Shown: one piece after another, positions 38,673-52,400 of the stretch
How the letters are laid out: every line of letters starts with the position of its first letter
Numbering within the stretch: position 1 is the first letter of the stretch
Assembly: GCA_964016885.1 (NCBI GenBank)
Contig: OZ024747.1
Location: 41,416,001-41,480,000 of the forward strand
Source: Eledone cirrhosa
Lineage: Eukaryota
Direction of reading: 5' to 3'
DNA length: 64,000 nt
Translations under genes and position numbers: made by a program
The notes under the pieces: generated by a model
The model's input: only the letters and a program-made list of their open reading frames with translations
What the model was told of the DNA's origin: nothing
Databases searched by the model: none

Positions 38673-40640
38673 TATAGAGATTACAATAATCAAAGTTCAG
38701 TTTAAGTCATTTATTTGCTTACAATTGTTTCCTCCAAACCGAAGTTTGGATTCTTCGGAGCAACTATTTACTGATCTATAACATACTTGACCTCCTTTTC
38801 AACCCAAGAGACACATAAAACATATGCGCATATTGATCAACAGTGGGGTGACACTCATCAAATGATATAGCATGGCAATTTACATGTAAAGGTTACAGGA
38901 TAAAAATAAAAATAAAAGCAAGAATGAAAATAAAGATAAACATGAAGCGTTGGCAGTCTATGAAGATAAAGCAAGAGGAAAGCTTAGAGTAGTCAGTGCA
39001 TGAAACAATCTCACGTGTAGCATGCACGCGTGTCTTATTTATACATGATTAGAGTGCGTCAGAATGATATTTGCAGGGTCAGGCAGTTGAAGCAGGCAAT
39101 CGATCTTATTATGTGGGCTGAATTATTAAGTCATTTATTCTCATACATCTGTATGATATACAGTCTCGGATGCAGGGAAACACCAAAATATCAGAAACTT
39201 TCAACATACTATAAACCTTATTGTATCGTAGGCAAAGCCGTACCACTGTCTTCGCTCACACCACCACTCACATAATCCATGAGACGCAATATATAGAACA
39301 CGTGTCTATCGTATAATTCGCGATGGTTCAGCATATAATCAAGTTATAAACCGTATCCAGTCGGTTCTTAATTAATAGATCATGCTGTCCAGATTCCGGA
39401 AGTGTCTGAATGACTAAGGGGAATTAATGCGTAAGGGGAGGTAACTAGCTAGTTATCTTAGTTAAATTACTATCCTAAACTACATTAATGGTGATTCAAA
39501 TACGTGCCTATCATATGAAGTTATAACTAATTTCTAGAGTATGTTTCCCAGTTATAGGTTAGAGAGTTGTCCATTAAGAAGTACAAGGGTGTATATATTA
39601 AGATGATTACCATACATTAAGGGGTGTCCTATCTGAACATTCTATAAGAGGAGTCAGACTCTCAAGTCACTGTTCCATGCAAATGTAATATAACAGTAGG
39701 ACCTGGTATGGTCCCACTATTATATATGCCCCCCCGGTAGGCTCCGGGTCATTGCATGTCTGAATCTCCGGTAAATCTTCGGTATGGTCCGGAGATCTAA
39801 TTTCACATATTAAGGCACTAGTCTGGTCATCAAGGAATAGACAACCCCCATCTCATATATAAATCAATTAAGTATCACATCTACAAGTTAGAGTGGAGTC
39901 TATTAATAGGTACTAAAGGAGTTCACATCAAGATGATTACAATCTGGAGATTAAATCTCTCATACCAGGGCACCTGTCTGGCCACCAAGCAATACATAAA
40001 CTCACATCCCACATATAGATCGGGTATCCCATCCACAAGCTAGAGTGGAGTCCAGTAACAAGTACTAAAGGAGTTCGTATCATGATGACTACAATCCAAC
40101 ATGGGCTGCCACACCCGGCCAATCCATAAGAAGAGTCAGACTACATAATTAATTACATGGGTCTCACTATCAGTAATGGTCTTATTATCATACATGACTC
40201 CCGGCGAGATTCAGGTCGTGGTATGACTGCATCCCCGGTAAATTCACCAGGGTGGTCCGGTGGCCGGTTCTCTCGTCAAAAGGTGCCGGTCAGGTCACCA
40301 GGCAACACAGAGGCTCCTAACTTTATGTGTCTCTTGGGTTGAAAAGGAGGTCAAGTATGTTATAGATCAGTAAATAGTTGCTCCGAAGAATCCAAACCTC
40401 GGTTTGGAGGAAACAATTGTAAGCAAATAAATGACTTAAACTGAACTTTGATTATTGTAATCTCTATATAACTGCTCTGTAAAACAACTGATGTTATTAC
40501 ATTGAGCTATTTATCTTACTGGTAATAGGATAGTAATTAATGACTATCTTTCACTATTTAAGGTTTGTATATATAATATATTACCATTAAAGGTTTTATT
40601 ACATACATAACCATAAATAGTACCCTTAATACATACATAC
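38673..40640 (+). mobile_element. ORF-less PLE-type element bounded by inverted HHR-bearing repeats
   Basis: 38673-38820 is the reverse complement of 40322-40470; internal diverged direct repeats; no long ORF. Confidence 0.7.
40378..40426 (+). ncRNA. Variant hammerhead (U4C: CCGAAGA); mirror at 38715-38763 (-)
   Basis: UUGCU-CCGAAGA-aUCCAAACcucgGUUUGGAg-GAAAC-AAUU-GUA-AGCAA. Confidence 0.7.
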
Positions 40641-40713
40641 ATACACATATACACATATATATATATATATACATTAATGGGTGTATACATACATGCACAT
40701 GCATCTGCACACA

Positions 40714-40777
<64 letters not shown>

Positions 40778-40780
40778 AAT

Positions 40781-40821
<41 letters not shown>

Positions 40822-40860
40822 TATACACACACACACACATATACATACATACACATATAA

Positions 40861-40909
<49 letters not shown>

Positions 40910-40953
40910 CATATACACACACACAACCATACACACAAGCATACACATACACA

Positions 40954-42065
40954 TACCGAGACGACGGCCTCTTCGCCCTGCACAAGGTTAACCCCAGAAC
41001 CACCGATGGGTTTCGGAAAAACTTAAGCTCGTTCTTCTCTAATCTAGGATTTAGTATAACTATAGAATCTAATTTGTCTAGGGCCAACTTCTTAGATGTC
41101 ACTCTCGACCTAGATACTTCCCTCTATTACCCGTACCACAAACCTAGCGAGTCCCTTAGATATATTAATGTTAATTCAAACCACCCCCAAAACATCACTG
41201 ATAACTTAGTAAAAAGCGTCTCTATTAGAATATCTGGCCTCTCCGCCAACAAAGATATTTTTAACGCCTCTGCCTCCTACTACAATGACGCCCACGCCCG
41301 CAGCGGATTTAAAGAAAAATAACCTACCTAGAAACCACCGCAAGATTACAGAGGACGAATAGGCATAGGCAGATTAGCTGGTACAACCCTCCCTTCAATA
41401 GAGAAGTCTCTACACCGATAGCTAGGATTTTCTTCACTTTGCTGAAAATACACTTCCCCATACAACATAGGTACCACACCATCTTTAATAAGAACACAAT
41501 AAGACTCTCCTACTCCACCACACCTAACCTAGCTAGGAATATAGCCAACCACAATTCTAAAAAATTAAATAAGCCAACCACCTCCGAACCCAATCCCCGG
41601 ACTGGGGCTTTGTGTAATTGCCTAAATAAGGAAGCATGCCCACTTGAAAACAAATGCCTCACAAATGATATCGTATACAAATGCGATGTCATCTCAGGCA
41701 CCGATGATTGCAATAACAAAAAAACTTACATCGGCATGACTTCCAATAATTTTAAAACCCGTTGGTATGCCCATACCCACTCCTTCAGAAGACCGGACAA
41801 ATCAAACCAGACAACACTCGCCTCCTATGTTTGGGACCTCAAAAGGAACTCCACCCCCTTCACGCTTAAATGGAAAATAGTCCAGAAAGCGCGCTCTTAC
41901 AACGGAGGACACAAGGGCTGCGACCTTTGTATCTCAGAGAGCTACGAAATTTTATTCGCCAAGGGCCCGCTACTAAACAAACTCTCTGAACACTGCCCGA
42001 ACTGCATGCACAAGTACTTTGCAACTTTCAAATACTTTAAGCCAGTGTTAAAGCCCGATGGCTAA
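40954..42065 (+). pseudogene. 5'-truncated Hydra-type PLE (RT C-terminus plus GIY-YIG)
   Basis: Begins at YRDDG; FLDVTL, NSNHP, WYNPPF, CNCLNKEACPLENKC, DIVY..YIG, CDLC, CMH; frameshift near 41320. Confidence 0.9.
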
Positions 42066-42307
42066 AAACGACCTCCTCCTTTTAGCCCATATACCTCCTT
42101 CCCACCCTACCCCCATCCCTCCTCAACCTGAAATACAGCCACTATAGTTATGTGAGTACCTCTTACCTATCTGCATTTTCTGCCTGTAGAGGTGTTTTTA
42201 TGTGCCTGTGTCTATGCGTATATTTATTGAGTACTTATTTATTTGTATGTGTATGTATGTATTTGTGTGTATGTCTATATATATATATATATGCATATAT
42301 ATGTATA

Positions 42308-42353
<46 letters not shown>

Positions 42354-42447
42354 CACATATATATATACACGCACATATACATATATATACATATATATAT
42401 ATATATGTGTGTGTATATATATGTATATGTGCGTGTATATATATGTG

Positions 42448-42605
<158 letters not shown>

Positions 42606-42638
42606 ACACGGGTGTGTATGATTGTGTATAGAAGAGTA

Positions 42639-42879
42639 TATTAATAAGAGGAATTCCAACTTTGTCTGATTTACTCGTTTTATTTACAATCCTTTAAGAT
42701 TTATAATGGTATTAGAATGAAATAGTATGATAGAATATTAAATTCTTAGTGTTAATTGAACAAGTACTTTCATGCTTTCGCAATCTTCAGGTTCATAATA
42801 TGTGGTGACAGTCAAGTTTGCAAAGGATTGTAAATAAAACGAGTAAATCAGACAAAGTTGGAATTCCTCTTATTAATAT
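42639..42879. mobile_element. Small fold-back pLTR remnant with a hammerhead at 42757-42795 (-)
   Basis: Inverted arms of about 58 bp; UGAAC-CUGAAGA-uUGCgaaaGCAu-GAAA-GUAC-UU-GUUCA. Confidence 0.72.
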
Positions 42880-43121
42880 ATATATATATATATATATGTA
42901 TGTATAACTAGGCTGTAGTACCACCGTGGAAACATTTGAAAGCACACGGAATAAATTACCTTTTTATGATGTCTACCTGTTATTATTCATTCTTTATATA
43001 TATGTATATATGTATATATATATATATATGCGTGTGTATGTGTATGTATATATATGTATGTATGTGTATGTGTGTGTGTATATATGCGTATGTATGTGTG
43101 TATACATTTGTGTATATGTAT

Positions 43122-43205
<84 letters not shown>

Positions 43206-43475
43206 ATATATGTGTATATATATGTATATATATGTGTATATATATGTGTATATATGTGTATATATTTATATATATGTATATGTATATATATATATGTGTA
43301 TGTATATATATGTGTGTATATATATATATATGTGTGTGTGTGTGTATATATGTGTATATATGTATATATGTGTATATGTGTATATATATGTATGTGTATT
43401 TGTATGTATATGTGTGTATGTGTGTGTATGTATTTGTATTTATATATGTACGTATGTGTGTGTGTGTGTGTGTAT

Positions 43476-43536
<61 letters not shown>

Positions 43537-43545
<9 letters not shown>

Positions 43546-44140
43546 CATGAAACAAAGTTCTGTTTAAATCATTTATCTGCTTACAATTGTTTATTCCAAA
43601 CCGAGGTTTGGAGTTTTCGGAGCAATTATTCAGTGATTTTTAACATACTTGACCTCCCATCGAATTAAAGAACGACAAGTTGTGATGTTCTAGCATGGTT
43701 CACCAGGCACCCAATGTTGAATCATCGTGGATTGTGGGATGGGCATGTAGTCTATAAATTGCGTTTCCTGGATTGTGAGAGTGGTGATGTGTACGAGGAC
43801 AGTGGTGCTGTTTTGCTTCTCATTTGTAATATTTTTGATATTTTTGGTGTTTCTCCACACACGGGCTTCTATATCGTACAGGTGTGTGTAAATAATACTT
43901 AACAAGTTCACCCCCATGATGCTCTTGATTGCCTGCTTTGACTGCTTGTTTTACTTGTAACAATCTGCCGCATTATAATCTTGTATAAATAGGACACGCG
44001 TGTATGCCACACGTGTCACTGTTGCATACACTGGCTACTCCAAACTTTCCTTTTGCTTTATCTTAGTAGACTGCCTATGTTTTATTTTAATTTTAATTTT
44101 GTCCATTAATATGACTGTAATCTTTGTATGTAAATTATAT
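43537..44140 (-). mobile_element. Diverged second copy of the ORF-less element at 38673-40640
   Basis: 43690-44100 is homologous (inverted) to 38900-39340; 43537-43665 is homologous to the HHR repeat, with a decayed core (CCGAAAA/UAAAC). Confidence 0.65.
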
Positions 44141-44149
44141 ATGTATAAA

Positions 44150-46211
44150 AAAGAGAACACATAGATACTATAAGATCTTTAATAGAAACTGTGTCAAAAT
44201 TAGCTACTCATGCGGTCCCCCTATTAAATCCTATATCATCAACAAAAAATCACCTAGAGAACATCAAAATTGCTCCTGTAGAATCAAAAGTGAATGCCCA
44301 TTGCAAGGTAAATGCAACACCAAAGCCATTGTATATGCGGCTAAAGTGACAACCATCAGCAACAACCAACCAGCCACCAGTGAACGATATGTGGGTATGA
44401 CGCAAGACAAATTCAAAACGCGTTATTACTCACATGTCGCATCCTTTCGACATCCAGAAAAAAGATTTACAACAGCTCTGGCTAGCAGAATTTGGGATTT
44501 GAAAGACCAAGGTATCCAATATAAATTGGATTGGTCAATTTTGAACCAATCTAAAGAATATGCAAGAGGAACAAGAAAATGCACGCTCTGTATAAATGAA
44601 AAATATTGGATTTTGCAAAACCTTAAATCACCAAAGACCTGCCTAAACACAAAGACAGAAATTTTCACCAGTTGCCCACACATGAAATCACACCTGCTTT
44701 CCAGCTCATATAAACTTAACACACTTTCAGATACTTATCCTCCATAAGCTCTTATTATTCTCTTTAAGACTACCTTTTCTGATTTACTTTCATTTTTAAC
44801 CTTATTATTAATTTCATTTTTATTTTTACTTCACATCCACCACTAAACCCCCCCCCCCCCCTTTATTCTCCGATTCACTTACCTAATATCTTCACTTTCC
44901 ACTTTTTACTTCCCTATTTTCTTCACTACCTGATTAAACAGGTCACTTGCGTTTTCCACTTCAGATATTTTCTGTTATTTCGCAGCCATTTTTATATTTT
45001 TTTATATCTGTACTCACTTATTCACAAGGCCGTTTTTACACCCTGTATCTATGTGTCTGAGCGTCTTTATGTGTGTATACTTTCTGTATATGTACACGAA
45101 CGCCTCCGTATGTGCGCGCGCGTGCGTGTGTATATATATATGTGTATGTGTGTGTGTTTTATATCTGTGTTTTTACATCTATTTTTTTACATTCTTATTT
45201 TTATGTGTGCGCATGTAAGCAGGTCAACGTGCGTGAGTGTATGTATGTGTGTGTGTATGTGTGTGTGTACGTACTGAATGTATGGATGTGTAAGTGCGCG
45301 TATGTATATATGTATGTATATATTTATGTGTGTGTATGTGTGTGTGAGTATACAGTCGCGTACGTACGTGTGATTAGATATACATGGGGCGAGGTGTATG
45401 TATATATATATGTGCATCCTGTGTGTGTATGTATACTTGCATACGCTTTTGTTTGCACGTTTTGCGTGTATATATATATATATATTTTATAGATATACGT
45501 TTCTTATAGATATATGTGTGTATCTACGCGTGTACCTTGTTTGTTTTCTTTACTTCGCAATTTTTTTCTTTCTAAATTATTGTTACATTTTTATAAATAT
45601 ATCGAGAATGATACTTTCTTTTTACTATTACACTCCCTTACCTCTTTTTCTTCCGCATATAAGTGTACGCGCGTGTGTGTGTGTTTATACGCGTGCCTTC
45701 ATATTCTTATAATGTATCTATCTAATACCCTGTTTTTCTGTATACCTGTCAACCAGACAATCATATCATGTCTGTGTCTATGGTTACATATACACAGATA
45801 TACTTGCCCTCATACATATATTTACGCACACATTTTCGCTATACACACACATTTGTACATACTTACATATGTATATCTGTGAGTGTATATACATACATAT
45901 ACACACACCTAACTATATTTCTTTAAAAAATTTGTATATATTTTATATGTCTATTGTATTACCTTCATCTATATTTACATAATTTTTTTTGCATTTCTTG
46001 AGGAGACTTTCCAAATATTTAGCTATGTTTTATATTGCCTCGTCCGACGAACGAATGAAAACGTTTCTTTCGTATTCTCCTTATTCGGGAAACCTCTGGT
46101 AATGAGGTAATTATATTGTATTGTTGTTTTTTATACATTAAATTTTGCTCTGGTACTTACATAGAGCACTCTTCACTCTTATGACTTTTTCTGTTTTCAA
46201 CGGAAACTTCA

Positions 46212-46216
<5 letters not shown>
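44150..46216 (+). mobile_element. 5'-truncated Hydra-type PLE: GIY-YIG ORF end (to 44747), 3' UTR and pLTR
   Basis: KIFNRNCVKISYSC, CSCRIKSECPLQGKC, AIVY..YVG, CTLC, CPH. Confidence 0.85.
46037..46108 (+). ncRNA. Variant hammerhead (U4C: CCGACGA)
   Basis: GCCUCGU-CCGACGA-aCGAAU...AUUCGg-GAAACC-ucu-GGUA-AUGAGGU. Confidence 0.65.
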
Positions 46217-46259
<43 letters not shown>

Positions 46260-46537
46260 ATGTGTATATATATGTATATGTATATGTGTATGTGTGTACA
46301 TGTATATGTGTATATGTGTGTATGTGTGTATATGTGTATATGTCGGTGTATGTATGTATGTGTGTGTGTGTGTAAATATATATATTTATATGTATATGTA
46401 TGTGTGTATGTGTGTACGTGTATATATATATATATATATGTGTATACATATGTGTGTATATATATATATGTATATATATATATGTGTATATATGTATGTA
46501 TGTGTATGTGTGTATATATATGTGTGTGTATATGTAT

Positions 46538-46625
<88 letters not shown>

Positions 46626-47597
46626 GTGGGTGTATGTGGGTGTGCGTGAGTGTGTGAGTGAGTGTGTTTGTGAATGTGTCTGTTGATTTTTGGCATATAG
46701 TTGAATAGTTTAAGAGAAATTTGAGGTTAATCGTAATGCACTCAATATTTTGAATTGGTCTATAGAATTCTCTAGGCCTTTGTCACTTAGTAGAAGCTTA
46801 AAGAATTTAGCTTTTAAAGAACCTCCCTTTTCTTTAAATCCATCAACCATGACTGACCCCCAATGATCTTATAGACACCTGTTAGCTTAAGAGAAACTTA
46901 AAAATAAGGAATGGCACCTCATCCTGAACTTGTTTATAGAATTCTTTCTGCCTTTGTTACTCTAAAAATAAACTATAGCTTTAGAAATCATCAGGAATCT
47001 GGGTATCAAAAAATAAGTATGGTATTTATAGGTCTCTACAAGTGGTAGGAGAGGGTGGGGAGTGGGATGGGTGTAGGTCATTGGTTGATAGAAAAGGGAA
47101 TTCATTAAAAGCTAATTCTACAAAGCTATAGTTTATTTTTATTTTTAGAGTAACAAAGGCAGAAAGAATTCTATAAACAGATTCCTTTCAAATCTATCTA
47201 CCATGACTGACCCCCACTGATCTTATAGACACCTGTTAGCTTAAGAGAAACTTAATAATAAGGAGTGGCATGCCATCCTGAACCTGTTTATAGAATTCTT
47301 TCTGCCTTTGTTACTCTAAAAATAAAAATAAACTATAGCTTTGTAGAATTAGCTTTTAATGAATTCCCTTTTCTATCAACCAATGACCTACACCCATCCC
47401 ACTCCCCACCCTCTCCTACCACTTGTAGAGACCTATAAATACCATACTTATTTTTTGATACGCAGATTCCTGATGATTTCTAAAGAATGAAACAGTTCTA
47501 GTCCTGTAGAATCTCATCTATATTAAAACTTTTATACTCTGCAATGTATTGAGTACCTTACTTACTGTGGTTACCTCCGATTCAACCCGGAATAACG
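46217..47597 (+). mobile_element. PLE tail (right arm of the 10.5-kb inverted repeat) with an internal inverted duplication
   Basis: 46981-47180 is an inverted duplicate of 47283-47483. Confidence 0.78.
47464..47514 (+). ncRNA. Type I hammerhead with full stem III
   Basis: AGAUUC-CUGAUGA-uUUCuaaaGAAu-GAAACAG-uucuaguc-CUGUA-GAAUCU. Confidence 0.8.
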
Positions 47598-47634
47598 TAT
47601 ATATATATATATAGGGAGAGAGACAGACACACAA

Positions 47635-47665
<31 letters not shown>

Positions 47666-49230
47666 TATTTCTTTATTAGCCACAGGGGCACAAAAGAAGG
47701 GGACAAATACAAAGGGGGAAGTTTACATACAATAAAAACGTGTAAAATGTTATCACAGATGGAATTTAAAAGTTAGTCGATTTTCCCCAATAGAGGGAGA
47801 CAGTTTATATGGGTAACACAGACCCCCGAAAAAAATGTGCAACCCTCATCTCCAGGAGTACGAAGAGCTTGTACTCCTTTCCTCTCCTCCTTTTCCTCAA
47901 CCTACAGGCTGATATAGAGAGAAGGCCCATTCACTCGGGCCATTCTCGCCACTTTCACCCACCTTTCATAAAACTTGCTGGGGTACAGCACCTCTCTCTC
48001 CATCCTGATTCTTCTTCCAAAGTGGTATTTGAAAAAAAGAATCAGTTGTTGGCCGGAGAGAAAGGTGTCTGACCTCAGCCCTTTCAACCTTGTCCACCAT
48101 ACAACCTCTTTCGCCATAGCTATCACACAAAGGAAAACCGCCTCTCCTTCGTTTTTGAAGGAGGGTGGCGGTTTGATCATGACAATGGACTCGGTGGTCA
48201 ACTGGATTGGTCCCACCCGCGACAATAGTCGTTCTACATAGCCCCACAGGTCAGTGACGCCCGGGCAGTGTATGAATGCGTGCGCGACGGTTTCTTCGTC
48301 TCGCACGCACCTCGGACAGATCTTTTTTGCAGGGTCCCTGCCCGGGCGCCCATGTCTGTAGAGCTTGTCTCGAACTGGTAGAGCTCCTCGGTAGCACTGC
48401 CAGGCCAGGGACTTTTGGAAGTTGTCCATCGGTCCCGGGCGGAAGGTCCTACCGAACAGACTGGCCAGTTCATCTTCCTCCACGCCTAGAGTTTCACCGA
48501 GCGCGTCGTCGCACTTGCTGCGGACCAACCCTCTATAGAATGACGAAGTGGAGTCTCCACTGATCGCTGGGTCCGCCTGCCAGAGGGCTGTGAGCGCCTG
48601 AGCACATTCGATGTGCCAGTCGCCCATTTTCCTCGGTCTCTGCTTGACCCAGGACTGCAGCTCGGTCAGCGAGACGAGTCGTGGGAAGGCTCGCCTCACG
48701 AACGGGGCCCACACCGGTTGTCCGGTGAGGAATACGTAGAGATGCCGCAGCCTGAGCGCGTGTTTGCGCATCGTCAACCACGGCATCCCCAGCCCTCCGT
48801 TAGAAGGGTGTTGGCAGCAGATGGATCTTCTTACCAAAGGAGCCCGCCTCTTCCAAAGGAATCGGAAGAGGGCGCGCTCCATTTTGGCGAGCGTTTTGGC
48901 TGGACAAGGCACGACGGTCAAGCGGTAGTAGATGGCGGACGCTATAAAAGTGTTCGCCACCTCCGCTCGACCTTTCAAGGATAGTTTGCACTCGGCCCAC
49001 TTCTGGGTGAGTGCAAACACCTTGGCCGTCACTTCGTTCCAGTTCTTCTCCACCTGGAGGTCCGGACCAAACCAGACCCCGAGCAGCTTTACCGGTCCTT
49101 CCGTCCAGCGTCCGACGACGCCATCGGAAGGCATCGGTCTGCCTCTCCACGATCCGAGTTGCAAACCGATGGACTTGTCCCGGTTCAGCTTCGCTCCTGT
49201 GAGACTTTCGTATTCCTTTAGTAAGGTGCC
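47666..49230 (-). mobile_element. 5'-truncated Tx1/L1-group LINE (ORF2 C-terminus, 47902-49230)
   Basis: KLLGVWFG, LSLKGRA, GGLG, CPRC..ETVAHAFIHC; 3' aataaa; (GATA)n on both sides. Confidence 0.9.
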
Positions 49231-49295
<65 letters not shown>

Positions 49296-49412
49296 ATTTC
49301 TATTTATTTGCCACGAGGGCACAAAAGAAGGGGACAAATACACAGTGGGGGAGTTTACATAAATCGAGTAAAGAAAAAGGAATAACAATAATAATATAAT
49401 AATAAAAAGTCC

Positions 49413-52400
49413 TCAAAAGGGAGGGGGCGTGTTCGGGATTGCACATACCCCCGAAAAGTGTGCAACCCTTTTCGCGGGGGAAGCCCAGAGAGGAGGCGCT
49501 CCCCCTTTCCTCTTCACTTCTTCACCTACAGAACAATGTGGGTGAAAGAAGCGAGAATGGCTCGTGTAAATTACACGAGCCATTCTCGCTTCTTTCACCC
49601 ACCTTTCATAAAACTGTCTGGGGCCAAGCACTTCTCTCTCCATCCTGATCCTTCTTCCGAAGTGGTATCGGAAGAAGTAAACCAGGTGATGGCCGGAGAG
49701 AAAGTCACCCGACCTCAGACCTTTCAGGCGCGTCCACCACACAACCTCTTTCATCATGGCTATTACGCACAGAAAGACCGCCTCTGCTTCGTTTCTGAAG
49801 GGAGGCGGCGGCTTGATGTTCACCACAGACTCGGCGGTTAATCGAATCGGCGCCACACGCGACAGCAGTCGTTCGACGTAGCCCCACAGATCGGCAACGC
49901 CCGGGCAGTGTACCAGTGCATGCGCAACGGTTTCCTCGTCGCGCACGCATCTGGGACAGATCTTTTTCGCTGGATCCCTGCCCAGGCGCCCGTGTCTGTA
50001 GAGCTTTTCTCGAACGGGCAGAGCCCCCCGGTAACACTGCCAGGCTAGGGACCTCTGGAAGTTGTCCATGGGTGCAGGGCCGAAAGTTCTACCGAACAGG
50101 CTGGCCAGTTCGTCCTCCTCCATGCCTAGCGACTCTCCAAGGGTGTCGTCGCCCCTGCTAGCCACCAGCCCTCTATAGAATGTCGAGGTGGATTCTCCAC
50201 TGACAGTCGGGTCCGCTTGCCAGATAGCCGTGAGCGCCTGGGCACACTCGGTGTGCCAGTTGCCCAGTTTTCTCGGTCTTTGCTTCACCCAGGATTGCAG
50301 CTCGGTGAGCGAGACGAGCTGTGGGAAGGCTCGCCTCACAAACGGGGCCCACACCGGCTGACCGGTGAGGAATACCTGTAGATGCCGTAGCCTCAATGCG
50401 TGCCTACGCATCAACAGCCACGGCATACCCAGCCCTCCTTTCGAAGGGTGCTGGCAGCAGATGGATCTCCTCACCATGGGAGGCCGCTTCTTCCAGAGGA
50501 ACTGGAAGAGCATGCGTTCCATGATGGTGATCTTTTCCTTGGGGCAAGGCACGACGGTCAGGCGGTAGTAGATGACGGACGCTATGTAAGCGTTCGTCAC
50601 CTCCGCCCGACCTTTCAGTGATAGTTTGCACTTGGCCCACTTCTGGGTCAGCGCAAACACCCTGCTCGTCACCTCGCCCCAATTCTTCTCCACCTGGAGG
50701 TCCGGTCCGAACCAGACCCCGAGCAGCTTCACCGGGCCCTCCGTCCACCGCCCGACGACACCGTCTAACGGCATCGGTTTACCCCTCCACGTTCCGAGTT
50801 GCAAACCGACTGACTTGTCCCGGTTCAGCCTAGCCCCCGTCAGCCTTTCGTATTCCTCCAGTAGGGTGGCGATCGCCCCGATTTCCGAGGCGTCCGCCAC
50901 CATTACTGTTACGTCGTCGGCATAGGCCGAGACCGCTTTGTGCAATCCCGGTTCCAGGGGTATGCCCCGCAGCAACTCCAACTTCCGCAGCAGTGGCTCG
51001 AGAGTCAATACGTACAGAAGGGATGAGAGGGGGCACCCCTGTCTGATGGACCGGGTGATTTGAAACGGCTCCGAGAGGTAACCGTTTACTTTAATCCTAG
51101 AGTAGATGTTGCAACTGTGCATGGCAGAAATCCAGCCCCTGAAAACGGGTCCGAAGCCCGCCGCCGCTAGCACCGCATCCAGGTAACCATGGTCGACCCT
51201 ATCGAACGCCTTAGATTGATCCAAGTTGATCAGGGCCCCACCAAAGCCGGGTTCGTTGCCAACCCTCTCTATGATGTATCGTATGAGGTGGAGGTTGTCG
51301 TGAATGGACCTGGACGGGATAGCGCATGTCTGCGCGTCTCCCACCAAACCACCCACACAAGCGCCAACCTCTTCGCCAACACCTTGGCCAAAATCTGTAA
51401 CTCTGCATTCAGCAGAGTTACGGGCCTAAAGTTACTTAAGTCGTCCCTCTTGCTCTCGTCCTTCCTCACTAGCGTGACGACGCCCTTGGTCACAGAACAG
51501 GGAATTCTCCCGTTCTGTTGCCAGTTGCAATAGACAGCCTCGAGGAGTTCGGAGAAGAAGACCGGCATAGCTAAATAAAGTTCGTATGGTAGACCATCGA
51601 GACCCGGAGATTTGCGTCTGCTGCATTGGCTGAGCGCTTCCCCGATTTCAGTGGCTGTGATTGGCCTTTCGCAGCACTCCGCTTCGCCGTTCGAAAGACG
51701 CGGTAGACCGTCGAGGTATGGACCGAAGTCCACATCCCCGTCCGGCCCCCCGCCCCCTCCGAACAGTCGAGCAAAGTGCCTTTGAAAGGCCTCGCACATC
51801 CGCTCAGGTTCAAGGATCACCCGTCCATCCTGGTCTCGCAAAGACCGAATGGTGGATTTAATCCCACTCTTGGCTTCTGTCAGGCGGGCCCAGCTAACAG
51901 CTTTGGTCCCCTCGTTTCCTAAAGCACATATTTTACTTCGGACAACGCAGCCTTCGTGCTTCGCGTCAAAGAACTGGCTCAACGCCGTTCTCGCCGCTAA
52001 CACTCTGGATACGTCTCCGCTCCTAATCGCCTCTTCTAGTTTATCTGTTAACTCCCTTTCCTTCCTATTTCTATTCGCCGCTAGTTCCTTACTGTAACCT
52101 ATCGAACTTACTCTAATCTCTCTCTTTAGAGATACCCACCACCTACTGTTGACAATCGCTCCCGTCAACCGCATCTTAACTAAGCTACTAATCCGGTTCC
52201 TGTAATCTTTCTTTGCCGGCAAGGACAAGTTCATCTTCCAGTAACCGGGACCCTGTCTATGCGTTCTATCAAGGTTGACCACGTAGGTCACTAATTTGTG
52301 ATCTGAATAGCCAACCATGATCAATTCTGGACAACTAAATACGTCCCTATCCTTACTCCTAACCAAAAACCTATCTAGGTACGATCTAGATTGTCCACTG

